A DNA stretch of 64,000 bases from Pelomyxa schiedti (Eukaryota > Protista > Evosea): contig JAHLWZ010000806.1 of assembly GCA_020536535.1 (NCBI GenBank), positions 1-64,000 of the forward strand. The letters run 5' to 3'. The translations under genes and the position numbers were made by a program. Numbering within the stretch: position 1 is the first letter of the stretch; each line of letters begins with the position of its first letter. Below the pieces are notes generated by a model. The model did not search any database. It had not been told where the DNA came from and saw only the letters and a list, made by a program, of their open reading frames with translations. Below, one piece after another: positions 44,949-56,829 of this stretch.

Positions 44949-47380
44949 TTATTCTATCTCCTCGTTTTTCATACTATCTTGTTCAGTGTTGGATAGGAAG
45001 CTTCGAAGTAATTGAGTGAGGTCACTTCTGTCTGCGTCAAAGCACAATTCTTCGTGGGCAGAGTCCTCCGAATTTAGCTCGGGAAATTCCGGCAAGTCAG
45101 AACCTCTGCTGGGTGTGTTCTGCTGGGGGTAGTCATCATCAGATGGTGGGTTGTCCTGGGTGAGTTCGGTGGGTGGTGAGGGCTCGGCAATGTACTGGGG
45201 AAGTTCCCCACAGGCCAGGAGCTTAGGAAGTACCCTGAAGTTGGGGGATAGTTGGTGCTCACGCGAGGGTAAGTCTGTGAGGGTTTCGGTGGTAGAGTGC
45301 CTTTGTTCTGATCTTGGTGGGAAGGCTCTCTGGGGAGCCTTGCCATGTGGTGTTGTGCGTGGATGTTTACTGCTACAGCATGGTAGTGTATTTATATAAT
45401 GTGTTACTCGCTTCGCCTTTTCCTTAGCGAGTTCCTGTCCTCTGTTAGTTGGGGTGTGAGGTGAGAAACATACATCCAGAGCAGGTTTACTTAGGCAACT
45501 ACTCAATTCCTTGATGTGGTATCGAAGGTGCTGATGCCGTATTAGGCATGGGAACGCGGATGGAATTTATACCTTCTCGGCATCTTTCGTTTGGGTTGGG
45601 CAGATACGGTGGCAACAAAATGGACAGAGTCCCTGCTGCAAAGTGTAGAGCATCTCGCTTACGTTCATTGCGGCAAAACCAGTAAAGTGGTGAGCCAGAC
45701 GGGTCTGTTTTATTAACATGTATCGCGAAGAGCAATCGGGATCTCTGGATCTCCTCGGTAGAGGTTCGACACAGGTATCCAAATTCCACGGAGGGGGAGA
45801 CTGACCCTGAAATAGGTGCGAACAGAGAAATGAGCGAGCTTACGTAGAGTAATGAATTTAAACCTCGAGTCTTGTAAAATCCCAGACCGAATCCGAGTGG
45901 TTGTTTACATAATACAGCCCATCGTATCTAATGGAATGTTAGATCTACCATTATTGAAGAAGATCCTCACGTACCGGTAACCTTTTTCAGGGGAATATTG
46001 ATTGTTGAGAAGAGAGCCTCGAATGACTCTTACAGGAGTATGATTCTTTTTTGCAGACTTGAGATTTCCATATCCAGATTTAGGTGAAAAGCTTATACTG
46101 AACCCTGTAGTGATGTCAGTTCAGCTAAAGTGCTCGCGTCATTGTATTATACCACAATCCTGTGGGCACACGGCCTTTGAACCAAAGATAACACTCACAG
46201 CGGGGGCACCCCCAGTATCTGGGTAAACAATAGTCTTTGCCCCGTGTATTCCAGCGCGGATCATATCCCTTTTTGAAGAGTACACTGCTCCAACCTTTGT
46301 TTCAGATTAATTTAAGTTAGAGTTTGATGTCTTCACCTCGAATGAGTCCTGTTGCGACTCGTTGGCTTTCTCCGAACTGGATTCGATACTTGACTGTGCG
46401 TTTCCTTGTTGGCTTGCCAACTCTGCGTGGGATAGTTCTGATGTTTCCCTGAGATATGGACTTGACGCACTCGATTCAGTTTCTAATATACCACATTCCT
46501 GTTGCTCCTTTTCTGTGATTCTTTGCTCTTCAGGAAGGGTACTTTGATCGGCTGTACTTTTTTCCTTTCCCAGATTGTGGACTGGGCTTGGCAGTATTAA
46601 CTCATTGTATTGTTTGTGTTCTTCTTTCTCTCCAGCAGAGGAGCAGGACCGAGGAGGTAAGTTGTTATTTGAAGGTACTTCACCGTTTTGATCTGAACTG
46701 CTCTCCGGGCTGCTGATTACTTGTTCGCTCGAGTCACTTTCCTCCACACTTGGAGAGGAAGGCGGTTGGAAGAGAGATTCGTCTTCTTCGTGAGTGTGCT
46801 TCTTCCTCTTGTGTGGCAAGCGACGGGTTTGCGTGACTGACATCTCCGAGCTCTCCTCACGGTCAGAGGGCGACGAGGGGGGTGTGATAAACAGCTCAGC
46901 ACTGCTCACTCGTGCGCTCTCGGCGCGATGATGTTTCTTGTGCCGGTGTTTGTGCCTGCGGTTGTGGTTGCCGACCGCACGGCAACTTGCGCTGCCCTCC
47001 TTTTTCTTCTTCTGTTTGTCCACACCAGAATCACAATCGCTAGAAGGCGCAAGTTGCTGTGGCGTGGGAGCGCAAACGGGCGCCGTGGTGGAACAGATGC
47101 ACGGCGGCACGACGCGGTCGGGAGACACGTGCGGCGAGCCATGGTTATTATTTATTGTGCTGTGGTCGCGTAGTTCGGGGCATTTTGATCTGTCCACGTT
47201 GCGGGCTACGAGAACGATCGGATACGGTGTCTTTCGAGGTTGACCGACATATGGACTACCGGCGGCTGGGATCTCGCGTGCTGGAAATTGAGGATAGTGA
47301 TGGAACAATGTGTCAAAAGCCGAAGATGGAGGGGCTGGCCCGTCTGCCGTTGTCGTAAGGTGGTCTGGTATCTGACCCAT
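44949..47380 (-). CDS. SRA/YDG-domain protein with long disordered N- and C-terminal regions
   Basis: Spliced reading: FEVGAVYSSKRDMIRAGIH...AVSVIFG...NLKSAKKNHTPVRVIRGSLLNNQYSPEKGYR/YDGLYYV (~45860-46295). Basic NLS-like HK clusters. Confidence 0.8.
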
Positions 47381-47622
47381 GTCACCAATACACTGTAGTA
47401 GTGGTGTGCCAAAATTGAAGCGAAACGTCCATTAAAAACTCGGCAGATCTGGTCACAAGTGACATGTATGGTGGGCCTGGGGCCATCTCACACGAACTTC
47501 TTCCTCCGTAGCATTTCAGACGGCATGTGGTGAAATTTGTGGGAGTTTCCAATGCAAATGGTGTCGCTTCAAACGACAAAACGAAATCAAAAAAAGTGAA
47601 AACAAGGTACACTTAACGAACC

Positions 47623-48227
47623 ATGGCCGACAATTACGCTCGCATCACCGAGGTGCTCACCACTTTTTTTTCGTTGTGTAGTTGTTTGTTGTTTCATTTT
47701 AGCAGTTGTTTCTTTTTTTTTTTTGTTTTTCTGTTGGAGTATAACTTGTTATAGTGCATTAAGCAGTTTGGTACTCCTAGCAGCAAATACCCTGGTGATA
47801 TTGATATCACTTACGCTATTCTCAATGCGAAACTGGGCGCCCAAATTGGGGGCATGCAGGCTCTTTTGAACACAATGAAGAGGAAGGTCTGTTTGATGTT
47901 TTGGTCTCGTATTCTGCAGGTATTCACTTTGGTTTTGATGTTAATTCGAAATCAGAGACAAGTGGACTTCCCAATGGGAAATGTGAATGACACTACGGTT
48001 ATAAGCCTTATTGGTGCTTATGATACTGCGGTAAGTCTTTTACGCCTATTTTCAGACCTTTTTCTGATGTATTTGTAGCCCACATCCAGTGTTACGAAGT
48101 TCACTGGCTCGAGTGTTGCCTCAGAGACCTATCTTGCAAAGTCTGCTAACGACGTGTCAAGGTAATTGCCAAGAGGCAATGTTGAATGATACTATCAGTT
48201 TTGTAATAACTTACTTCCAGGTTCTAG
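47623..48227 (+). CDS. Costars (ABRACL-like) domain protein
   Basis: Spliced reading MADNYARITE/CIKQFG..IDITYAIL..GMQALLNTMKRK/RQVDF..NDTTVISL matches the Costars pattern. Confidence 0.6.
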
Positions 48228-48285
48228 AAAGAACAGAGCTGTGCCACAATGTACGAAAAGAAAGATTAAAAAGAAAATACAAATT

Positions 48286-50330
48286 TTATATGTGCAATTT
48301 TTTCAACACTACTTGCCAATAGTCCACCCCTTCTGAAGCTTCCCTACACTCCACATCACAAGACATCAACAATCCATCCTCATTTTCGTCATGGTAGTAG
48401 TCCGGCAGCCATTGTGTAGGTTGGAACCCAAACCTGTAGTAAAGGGAGATTGCAGGCCGGTTGAACACACTGCACTGCAGCATAACCTTAGGCAAATGGC
48501 GTTGTCTTGCAACATGAATGGAGAATGCCACCAGTGCTCCCCCAACGCCTGATCCCCGGGATGCTTTGCTGACTGCAACACTAGCAATATGTGTAGCCTT
48601 TTTTTTGTACTGTAAGGCAATGTAGCCACAGACTTGGGAATCTATTTGATGTAAAAATACAATAACAACTGCAGACCCATACCTAATATTGCAACGTGGA
48701 TATCTACATTGTTTCCCTGAAGTGACTCATAGAAATAGGACTCTTCATATGGCTTGTGAAAAGACTCCTTTTCAATTCTGAGCACATCAGGTGCATGGTC
48801 CCAAGCAAATTGCACAATTTCTATGGAAGCATTAGCTGGTGGCAGCGGTCTTGGCTGCTTAGTAGCTTCCTCCGTTTTTCTGTGATGCTATTAAGAATAA
48901 TATGGCTTGGTAGTGAGCATACTGAAAAGGCTCACTAGCAGAAAGAATAGAAAAGCGGTCGTGGGGTACAACGACTGCAAACGGCAGTTTGGCAAAGACA
49001 TGTTGAGCATTATGCACTGGTTTGCATTCACATTCCTCGCAGAGGTTAAACTCTTTGCAATTCATGCAAGTATATCTTTAAGGAGTAAGGGGGAAATTTT
49101 ATTTAGTGGTTGTAGGTTTTTTTTTTCTGGAAAATAAAACCTTACACCAATAACAGGGAAACGGCAATTAGAACACAGTATACCTCTGTGAACAATTTGG
49201 TGATCCGAGACAGCCTTAAACTCCTTAAGGCGCGCAGGGTTCCTCATTGGTGCCCTTTGCAGTATAAGAGGACTTGATAAAATTAGTTGTGGTACTTTGC
49301 TTTCAAAAAGCAGTGCTTGGGATCGTGAATGTGGGTCGGCTCTATTTCCGGTTTTATTGGTCCTGAAGGCTTGACCTCACAGTCGCGAGGAGGTGTAGTA
49401 CTCAGCGATGTTCCAGAGAGTACATCCTCTCGAATTCTTTCACATCTATCACACAAATCCTGAATGACAGTATTACAACCAGAAATGCCCCACCCTCTCC
49501 CCAAGGTATCCGTAATTGCAATTATACACTTTAAAACGGGAATGTGTTTGTGGAGTTCTTGTTGTTGTTTTTCTCCCACTACACACATAGTCCGCGCACT
49601 GCAGGCAGTGGAACCGCGTTCCGAGAATTTCCAAGTTGCACACATCACATATAAAGGTTGGCTCAGACCGCGAAACAGTCTCACCCCCTCCCCTGGTACA
49701 CAAAACGCCATCATGATGTACTCTCGCCGCCGCCGTCGTCGTCGCCCCAGTCCTGGAACCACTTGTGCTAGTAGCAGCAGCACTGGTCGCAGTTGCGTTT
49801 GACATGACTGTGACGTCACAATTGCAACTGCCGCCGCCGCCGGCGCCGCCGCTGTTGCTGGCCGAGGCCGACGCGGTCGCTTTCGCGGTGCGGGTGTGTG
49901 CAGCTTCCCCCTCATGCTCACGAGGCTGCTGGGGATGATGGCGACCCCTCGCGTCTGTTTGGCTTTGCTGTTGGTGTTGGTGTTGGTGTTGGCTAGGGTG
50001 CTGTTTGGCCCCCCTGCCGCTGTTGCTGTTGCTGCCTCTGCCCCTGCTGCCACTGTCACTTCCACTGCCGCTGCCCCGGCTGTTCGTGCTTGTGCTGCTA
50101 CTGCGGCTGCTTGATGTCGCTGTAGACGACGATGAGGCTGAGCCACGGCTGCCGTTGCCTCTGCCTCGGCCCCTCATTGCGCTTGTGCCTGTGGCGCTGG
50201 TCGTGCGCGGTGCGTTGCTTCGATTATGGGTGGTGGCAGCCGACAATGGCAGACATGCAGCTTCGACCTGGGGTGGCGCCGACGGCGGCGGCGCATCGTC
50301 TTTTGTCTTGCTAGCAAATGTGCCGCCCAT
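48286..50330 (-). CDS. Two ZZ zinc fingers plus RimI/Ard1-like GNAT acetyltransferase, with predicted N-myristoylation
   Basis: MGGTFAS start. CDVC..I.G.RFHC..C../DLC..C..H..H twice. IEKESF..PY, HIASVAV...RGSGVG, N.PAI.LY.RFGF, PDYY...EDG.LM. Confidence 0.85.
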
Positions 50331-50540
50331 TTTTTTCCTTTGTTGTGATCTTGTACTGTGCTTCTCACAATGGTGGCCAGTTGCAAACCAGCACCACTCT
50401 GACTGAGTTTGCAGATGTTGGTGTACGAAGAGAATAACCTTGGAGGTAGGATTCCTCTTTCGGAAACCGAAGCCCCAATCACGTTCTTCAACGGAACATA
50501 CAAAAAAACCAAAAAGCAACAAAAGAAGGACAACGGTTAG

Positions 50541-51089
50541 ATGGGGCGAATTGTACCCGCGAAGCCTGCTACCGCATCCTCGTCAACAACAACAACCACA
50601 AGCTCACCAGCCCAGACAACTACTCCTGCATCATCACCAGCCCCTCCCAAACAACAAGGGACCCTGGATGGCACCTACGCCATCAAGAGCGTGAGCAGCG
50701 GTGGCTACCTGGACGGCAGAAACCCAGGAATGTCAGACCCCCTCATTACATTCCGGTACCCGCAGGGCGATGCCTACCTGCACTGGACCTTCGAGCAGGT
50801 AGACACCAAGGGATACTATGCAATCAGGAGCAAGAGCAACGGGGGTTACTTGGACGGCAGGAACCCAGGGATGTCAGAGCTCCTGATCACAAACAGGCCT
50901 CCGTTCTCGGATGCATACTTGCAGTGGACCCTGGTTCCGATGAGCTCGCCTGGAGTGTTTGCTATACTTAGCAAGAGCAGTGGGGGTTATCTCGACGGCA
51001 GGATCCCTGGCTACTCTCAGCCTCTGATTACATTCCGTAACCCAACCAACGACCAATATCTGCACTGGGAGCTGGTGTCAATGAACTAA
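50541..51089 (+). CDS. Intronless beta-trefoil (ricin-B/fascin-like) protein with three 47-aa repeats
   Basis: Repeats start at 50670, 50811 and 50952: G.YAI.S.S.GGYLDGR.PG....LIT.R.P..D.YL.W. Confidence 0.75.
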   Translation: MGRIVPAKPATASSSTTTTTSSPAQTTTPASSPAPPKQQGTLDGTYAIKSVSSGGYLDGRNPGMSDPLITFRYPQGDAYLHWTFEQVDTKGYYAIRSKSNGGYLDGRNPGMSELLITNRPPFSDAYLQWTLVPMSSPGVFAILSKSSGGYLDGRIPGYSQPLITFRNPTNDQYLHWELVSMN

Positions 51090-51174
51090 AGAACAAACTT
51101 TTTACCAACGTCTGTTCTTTTCTTTCTCGGATCACCGTTTCGTTTCATCAAAAAACACACACAGAAGAAAAAAA

Positions 51175-53145
51175 ATGTCCGTTTTCGAGGTGCGAAAAGT
51201 CGCGAACCTTAGGGAAGTACAGCAGCTCAAAGACGCAACACTTAGTTTCCCGACGACGTGCCTTTCTTCCGAAAAGGGACTCTCCGTATGTCACGATAGA
51301 AAAATAGCACTCTACCGCCCCGACACAGGGTCATTCCGCCAATTCCCGTGCGGTGCCGATTTGGCCTGCGTCCACCCCACCAAAGCCATAATTGCGATGC
51401 AGTCCAGCAGCGCCCCGGCCAGTTTCCAGGTCTTCGACCTAGATGTGAAAGCGAGAATCGCTCAGTGCACCGTCGCCGAGCCTGTGATATTTTTCCGCTG
51501 GGTCAACGACTCCCACTTGGGAATCGTGACCGACACCAAGGTGTATCACTGGTCGATGTCGAGTCCTGACGTCGAGCCCAAGGTCTTTTTCGAGAGGTCA
51601 CCCTCTTTGGCAGGTTGCTCCATCGTCAATTACGGCGTGAATTCCAGTGTGACATGGGCGTTCATTACCGGGCTGAAATCCACCGACGGGAAGACATCTG
51701 GGTGCACGCAGCTGTTTAGCTCTACGGTGAATGTCTCTCAGGTGCTGGAAACTACCGCCGCTTGCTTTGCTGATTTCACTCCTGAACCTGGAGACGGCCC
51801 TAAAGTTACCTACTTCTGCTTGATTGGCGGCCTGAATAAATCGCTTCTAATCGTCCCTACGGAGCAAAGAGGTGTTCCCAAAATTCTTGGCGATACTGTG
51901 GCAACGTGTGGCGACGGAGACTTTCCCGTGGGTGTATGTGCACTGGAAAAGTCCGGAGTTATCTTCGTTGTTACCAAGCTTGGCCTTGTTGGCATGTATA
52001 CGCTGAAAGGCGCCAAGTTTCTCCACCAGGAGACCTGTCCTTCAAAGTTGTTTCTTGTGGCCAAGTGCGTGACTGCAGAGCGATTCCTTTGCCTTGATAT
52101 GGATGGTCATCTTTGGTCTATAGCTCCTCACCCTCCAGGAAGCACGGACCCCATAACAACCGATTTCAATGGCGCAAAAGTCACTCCGGGAGCTCTTACA
52201 GCAGACGTGTCTAGGGGTAGTAGTGAACAAGAACCAATCAGCGCTGCTCAAGTGGAACCCATCCCGCCTATTTCCGCAGACAAAAAAAGCTGCCCCTCTG
52301 TATCTACAACAAGTACTGCTGATACACACCGGATTCTGGAACTTATTGCACAGAAAAAAATTTGTGAAGCTGCATTCCGTGTATCAAGGCTTGCACATCC
52401 AAGGAGTGAAGCATATATTGCCAAGCTACGTGATATACCGGCAACACCCCCTCTACCTCAAGCACTTGTACTCTATTTGTGTATCCTGCTAGACATGGGT
52501 AACCTGGATGAATTCGAAAGTTATGAGTTGACACGCCTGGCAGTGGAACAAGGCTCAACTACACTAATCTCGCAGCTTGTTGAATCCGGCAATAAGGTTT
52601 CCTGCAGTACCGCTATGGGTGACATCTTACGACCACTTGACTATTCCCTCTCTCTAACAGTATACTCCAAGGCCAAAGCCTTTACCAAGGTTTTCCAAAT
52701 TCTCTACGAGCGAGGAGACTACGATTACATCCCCACATACACCAATGCTATGTGCCATGGAGACATTCCGGAAGTCCTATCTGTGCTCTTGCCGTTGAGC
52801 ACCGTGTTTGCCACGAAAGTTGCAACAGCAATTCTCAAGGACCACCCAACTGAACTTGATCACACACTTGACTGCTTCACCAAAGCGGGATGCTCACGAG
52901 AAGCCCAAAGCCTGGCACTGGATTTACTCCAAGGGGACTGTGCTGAGGACAGCCACATACAAACCGAAGTGCTACGGCTGGCCTTCCTCAACTCTCCAAC
53001 GGAAGCGGAATCTCTTCTCGGCAGTGGAATGCTTTCCCATTACGACAAAAGAGTCATCATCCCACTGTGCGTCGAGGCTGGTCTGTACCATTTGGCACTG
53101 CAAATTGATCCCGGTGCCAATGTAGAACCGCATTCTCTTGTCTAA
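51175..53145 (+). CDS. Truncated, divergent clathrin heavy-chain paralog (terminal propeller + linker + start of the solenoid), intronless
   Basis: HP...IA, FQVFDLDVK, V.FFRW.....LGIVT...VYHWSM, FER..SLAGC.I.NY, GDFPV, VTKLG, EL...A..QG, MGD.L, IQT..L, SHYDK..I..LC..AGL. Stop at 656 aa. Confidence 0.88.
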   Translation: MSVFEVRKVANLREVQQLKDATLSFPTTCLSSEKGLSVCHDRKIALYRPDTGSFRQFPCGADLACVHPTKAIIAMQSSSAPASFQVFDLDVKARIAQCTVAEPVIFFRWVNDSHLGIVTDTKVYHWSMSSPDVEPKVFFERSPSLAGCSIVNYGVNSSVTWAFITGLKSTDGKTSGCTQLFSSTVNVSQVLETTAACFADFTPEPGDGPKVTYFCLIGGLNKSLLIVPTEQRGVPKILGDTVATCGDGDFPVGVCALEKSGVIFVVTKLGLVGMYTLKGAKFLHQETCPSKLFLVAKCVTAERFLCLDMDGHLWSIAPHPPGSTDPITTDFNGAKVTPGALTADVSRGSSEQEPISAAQVEPIPPISADKKSCPSVSTTSTADTHRILELIAQKKICEAAFRVSRLAHPRSEAYIAKLRDIPATPPLPQALVLYLCILLDMGNLDEFESYELTRLAVEQGSTTLISQLVESGNKVSCSTAMGDILRPLDYSLSLTVYSKAKAFTKVFQILYERGDYDYIPTYTNAMCHGDIPEVLSVLLPLSTVFATKVATAILKDHPTELDHTLDCFTKAGCSREAQSLALDLLQGDCAEDSHIQTEVLRLAFLNSPTEAESLLGSGMLSHYDKRVIIPLCVEAGLYHLALQIDPGANVEPHSLV

Positions 53146-53262
53146 AAAAAACCTTTTTAATTGTGTGACCTGTGTTTTTGCTCAACTATTTGAAAAACAA
53201 AATGGCCGTCAATGAAAATTTCGTTTTTACTCTCTAACCTGGCCTTTGGGGTGAATGCCAGA

Positions 53263-56200
53263 TCAGATCCTTCCCCCACACCAAGGTTTGGATAGCTCAT
53301 GTTGCAGCGGATTTGTGTCACCTCCCCAGTGGAACACTTGGTTACTTTGTTGGGGATCCCGGGGCACAAGGGTCAATCTTGTTAGCCCTTCCAGAGCAAA
53401 GCACAGTCGGGGGGTAGGCAGTATTCCTTCCAGTGCAAGGCACAGTTGTGGATCAGACAATGGAGAAATAACACCATGCCCAACTTGTCGCTTCCCTGTA
53501 ATGGGGTCCCAATCCCATTGCCATCGCTGAGAGTCATTAGTATCTCTCTCTGGTCTATCCTCCATACACACCCTGGGCTATCACCACAAAGTCAAGAAAC
53601 GTGGAGGGGAGTGGAATTAGACCTTGTTGTTGGGCTGGGTATAATATGTCAATGCCTGATGTGTTCCAAGATTGGTTATGAAACCCTGGCTGTCCATTGT
53701 CCAACGTTGTTTTGGGTCATTAGGAGCATAACTGCCAGCAGTAGGTGAGGGTGAGGATGGATTACGCCTTACTGTGAGGTAAGAGTTCCCACACGAAATT
53801 AAGGAATCTTTAGTCTGCAAGACGTGAGTAAAGTTTCAAGCATACTCATCGGCACAGACTTCATGAGCACCCATAGCTTTCAATGTCTTCCGAAGGAATT
53901 GTTTGTAACTATCTTTGTTAGGGAATCCAGGTTGCATTTTTACTAATATCAAGTCTAACAAAAAATAGTGTTAGAACAAACAATACTTGTTCAGGAGTTG
54001 CACCTGGGTCATCCATCAGTGCAAGGAGGAATTGCAACTTAGACACTGCAATTTTTTTATCTTTGGTGTAAACCTCCCGAAGCCACCTTCCCTCGCTGTA
54101 GTATTCCCTCCTGCATTCCGCTGATATACAACCATCAATTTCCTTTCGCCCATCATTTGGGGGAGTCAACACCCAAAACTCATCGGGGTCACCTCCGTGC
54201 TGTTAAAGAAGATCTTTGAAACGCTGAGGGAGTCAAAAACTGGTTTAAGTCTCCTGAAGAAAACTGTTAGATATACAAGATAGCTTTGACTTGGTAACCG
54301 AGGATATACTGCAATCCCAGGGTAGCGCCTAGACTCAGACGAAAAAACAATAGAACCTAGAGAGTCAATGGAAGGGGGCCTATAGCTCAGCTCTTTTGAA
54401 TTTAATATTCCCTCTACTCTGAGATCAGGGTCGTAGAGAATATATAGTTCTGGTGGTGTTAGTTACAGTAAAATTGGAAGTTGTCCGAAACCTGGAATAT
54501 GGTCAAAAGGGTGATCTTGTCTTCCAAACACTGCAAAAAATTAGTGGCAAAAGTTGGAATTTCATCGAACACACAGCCGGTGCTGTTACAGGGCACATAG
54601 TATTGACAGCCAAATTCATTCCATATATCTCCATTAGTAGGGGGTATTAGCTCACTGCAAGTGCGGGTCCCGGCAAAATGAAAGTAGCCTACCGTGTTCT
54701 CACAACCATTTTCCCTAACAAGACGGAGACTTTCCTCCAACTTCTTGCGTAACAGCTCTTGTTTACTGCAGTTGCACAGGTAATTGGCATCGATGAGATC
54801 TAGGTCACCGCCAAAGCGAAGTGGCGTTCGATAGAGGACCCTTGACGTAGCCATAACATAGTTACATGCCAACAACTGCCGATCTACTACGTCTTCTTTC
54901 TGTGTAAATGGCACTGACGACTGGTTAGATCAAAAATCGTTTTTGAATGATGTACTGATTCGAAGGCGACGGATCATGTTCTCCCCTGTACTTGCCCTTG
55001 GTATGGTCACAGCTATGTTGTGTGAATTACTCGTAATCGAGAGGAGTACATACAACTGACATCGAAATTGCATGTAAGGGAAACTATTTCTGGCCTGTCT
55101 GTGATTTGACCATTCTCCACTATCGGCTGAAAGGTGTGGATCTCTAATTTAGGCTGGGGTAATTCGAAGGTATATGTGCAAAGGCTGAAATGCCACTTCT
55201 TTCTTAACATCCCCGCACCCAGGAAAAGAAGTTTTTCTTTGTGTACACCAATGAATGTATCTCCCTGTGACGTCAGCTTCAAGGAAACAGACTGGAGTGT
55301 ACCTGATGTAAATGGCCAAAGCTGTGCACTCGAACCTTTTTCAGAAATTTTACAAGTTCCGCTGTAGAAGTTTTTTAATTGTGGAAACTAGTTCGGCATA
55401 CACACGAGTCATCTTCAGCCAGCTGAGGGGGTGATGTGTGAACAAAAAGGTGTGGGTGCCATCCTCCCAATGACCAGGCCTGGACGTTGGGAGCTGTGAA
55501 GCTTTAATGAAAAGTCTCCCTTCATCTGCGTCTGTATTTGCAAGAAACGCCGAATTAAGACCGTAAAAAGTAGCCCCAACGAGGCGAGCGGGTGTAACGG
55601 CGGCGGGGGGCACAGTAGGCTCAGGAAGAGCGGACGCCGATGTGGGCATGGACGGAGGGGGCGTGGAAGGTGTTGGGGGGGCAGCGGGCGCGTAACCAGA
55701 TTTCAACCTCAGACGAAAGAACAAGGGATTTCGAAGCCTATCGTAGGATTAATAAAGCCAACTCCACCCGCTGCGTACACTTCGATCTCCATTCTCGTGG
55801 AGGATGAGAGTTCCCCGACGTCATGTGTCCCATAGATTTGGGTAACCATTTTCACCCATTTTTTGAATCGCCGCCCCTCCTTCTCTCCTTTGTCCAAGTA
55901 ATCTCCAGTGCAACACGGCAGGGACATGAAATCCTCCTAGAGGACCAGTTAAATCAGCCACAGACACTAAAAGAAACCGTTGACGGCGGCTCTCTAGTCA
56001 CGTCATGGTTGCCCGGCACCATAAGAATGAAAGGTGGTTTTTCGTCTCTCTTGTTGATCCTTCTCCTTAATGCCTCAATTTCTTCAATTGCCTTCTGTCG
56101 AATTTGTTTCCCTCTATCTAAGACCTAGTTTGTGTCAATCTTAGCCCAAAAAGTTGCAGCCCACCTTATACTGTCCCTTGTCAATGACATCCCCGGTAAT

Positions 56201-56470
56201 GATAATACAATCAATTGCAGATGGACTTAAGTCTCTGGCCTCTGACAGGTGTGCAAAATTGTCGATGGTTTTATCAGAACCAACACCAATGTGTAGATCG
56301 GAAATATGAAGCCAGGTGAAGGAGGTTCCCAGTTGTGAATGTCCTGGGTCTTTTTTTGGAGGAAGCACTCCCCCTGGGGGGGTTGATACTGAGGTCGTGG
56401 GCATGGTCCTAGTGGTTTGTTGTTGGGCAACCCCGATGTCACCAGGGCACGTCTGTTCAGGTGTGGACAT
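53263..56470 (-). CDS. Calcineurin-like metallophosphoesterase with C-terminal ricin-type (QxW) lectin-like domain
   Basis: All five MPP motifs after splicing: DLH, GD, VPGNHD, THHP, FGHLH. C-terminal QRW..G.I repeats. Confidence 0.75.
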
Positions 56471-56829
56471 TAGTAGAAGGACTTTTCGTTTTGTCTTACA
56501 CTGTCACACTTGAAATGCTTAAAAGAACTGGCCGTTAGCGGAACGCACGCTTCTAGAGCTGACACATTTACTAAAAAAAGCGCTTCCAGATAAACTAAAT
56601 TTAGTTGTCTGGGGCACCCGGAATTTTTTTCTTTTTGCCGGATAGGTACCTCTTTCACCACCTTCCTGCGGGTAGTGACGTGGGCCGTTGTGTTGACAAG
56701 AGAATGTACAGTCGTGTGCCCCCTAGACTGGTGTTCCCGGATATGCGACACTTGAAGAAGAAAAAAAATGTTTTTTTTTCCCTTAAACACCCATCAATGC
56801 TTCCCCTACACTCACACTTCAGAGCTGGG

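Noticed and set aside
55350-55930. Frameshifts suggesting the phosphoesterase is a pseudogene
   Set aside because: Short GT-AG introns restore the frame and the GHLH motif.
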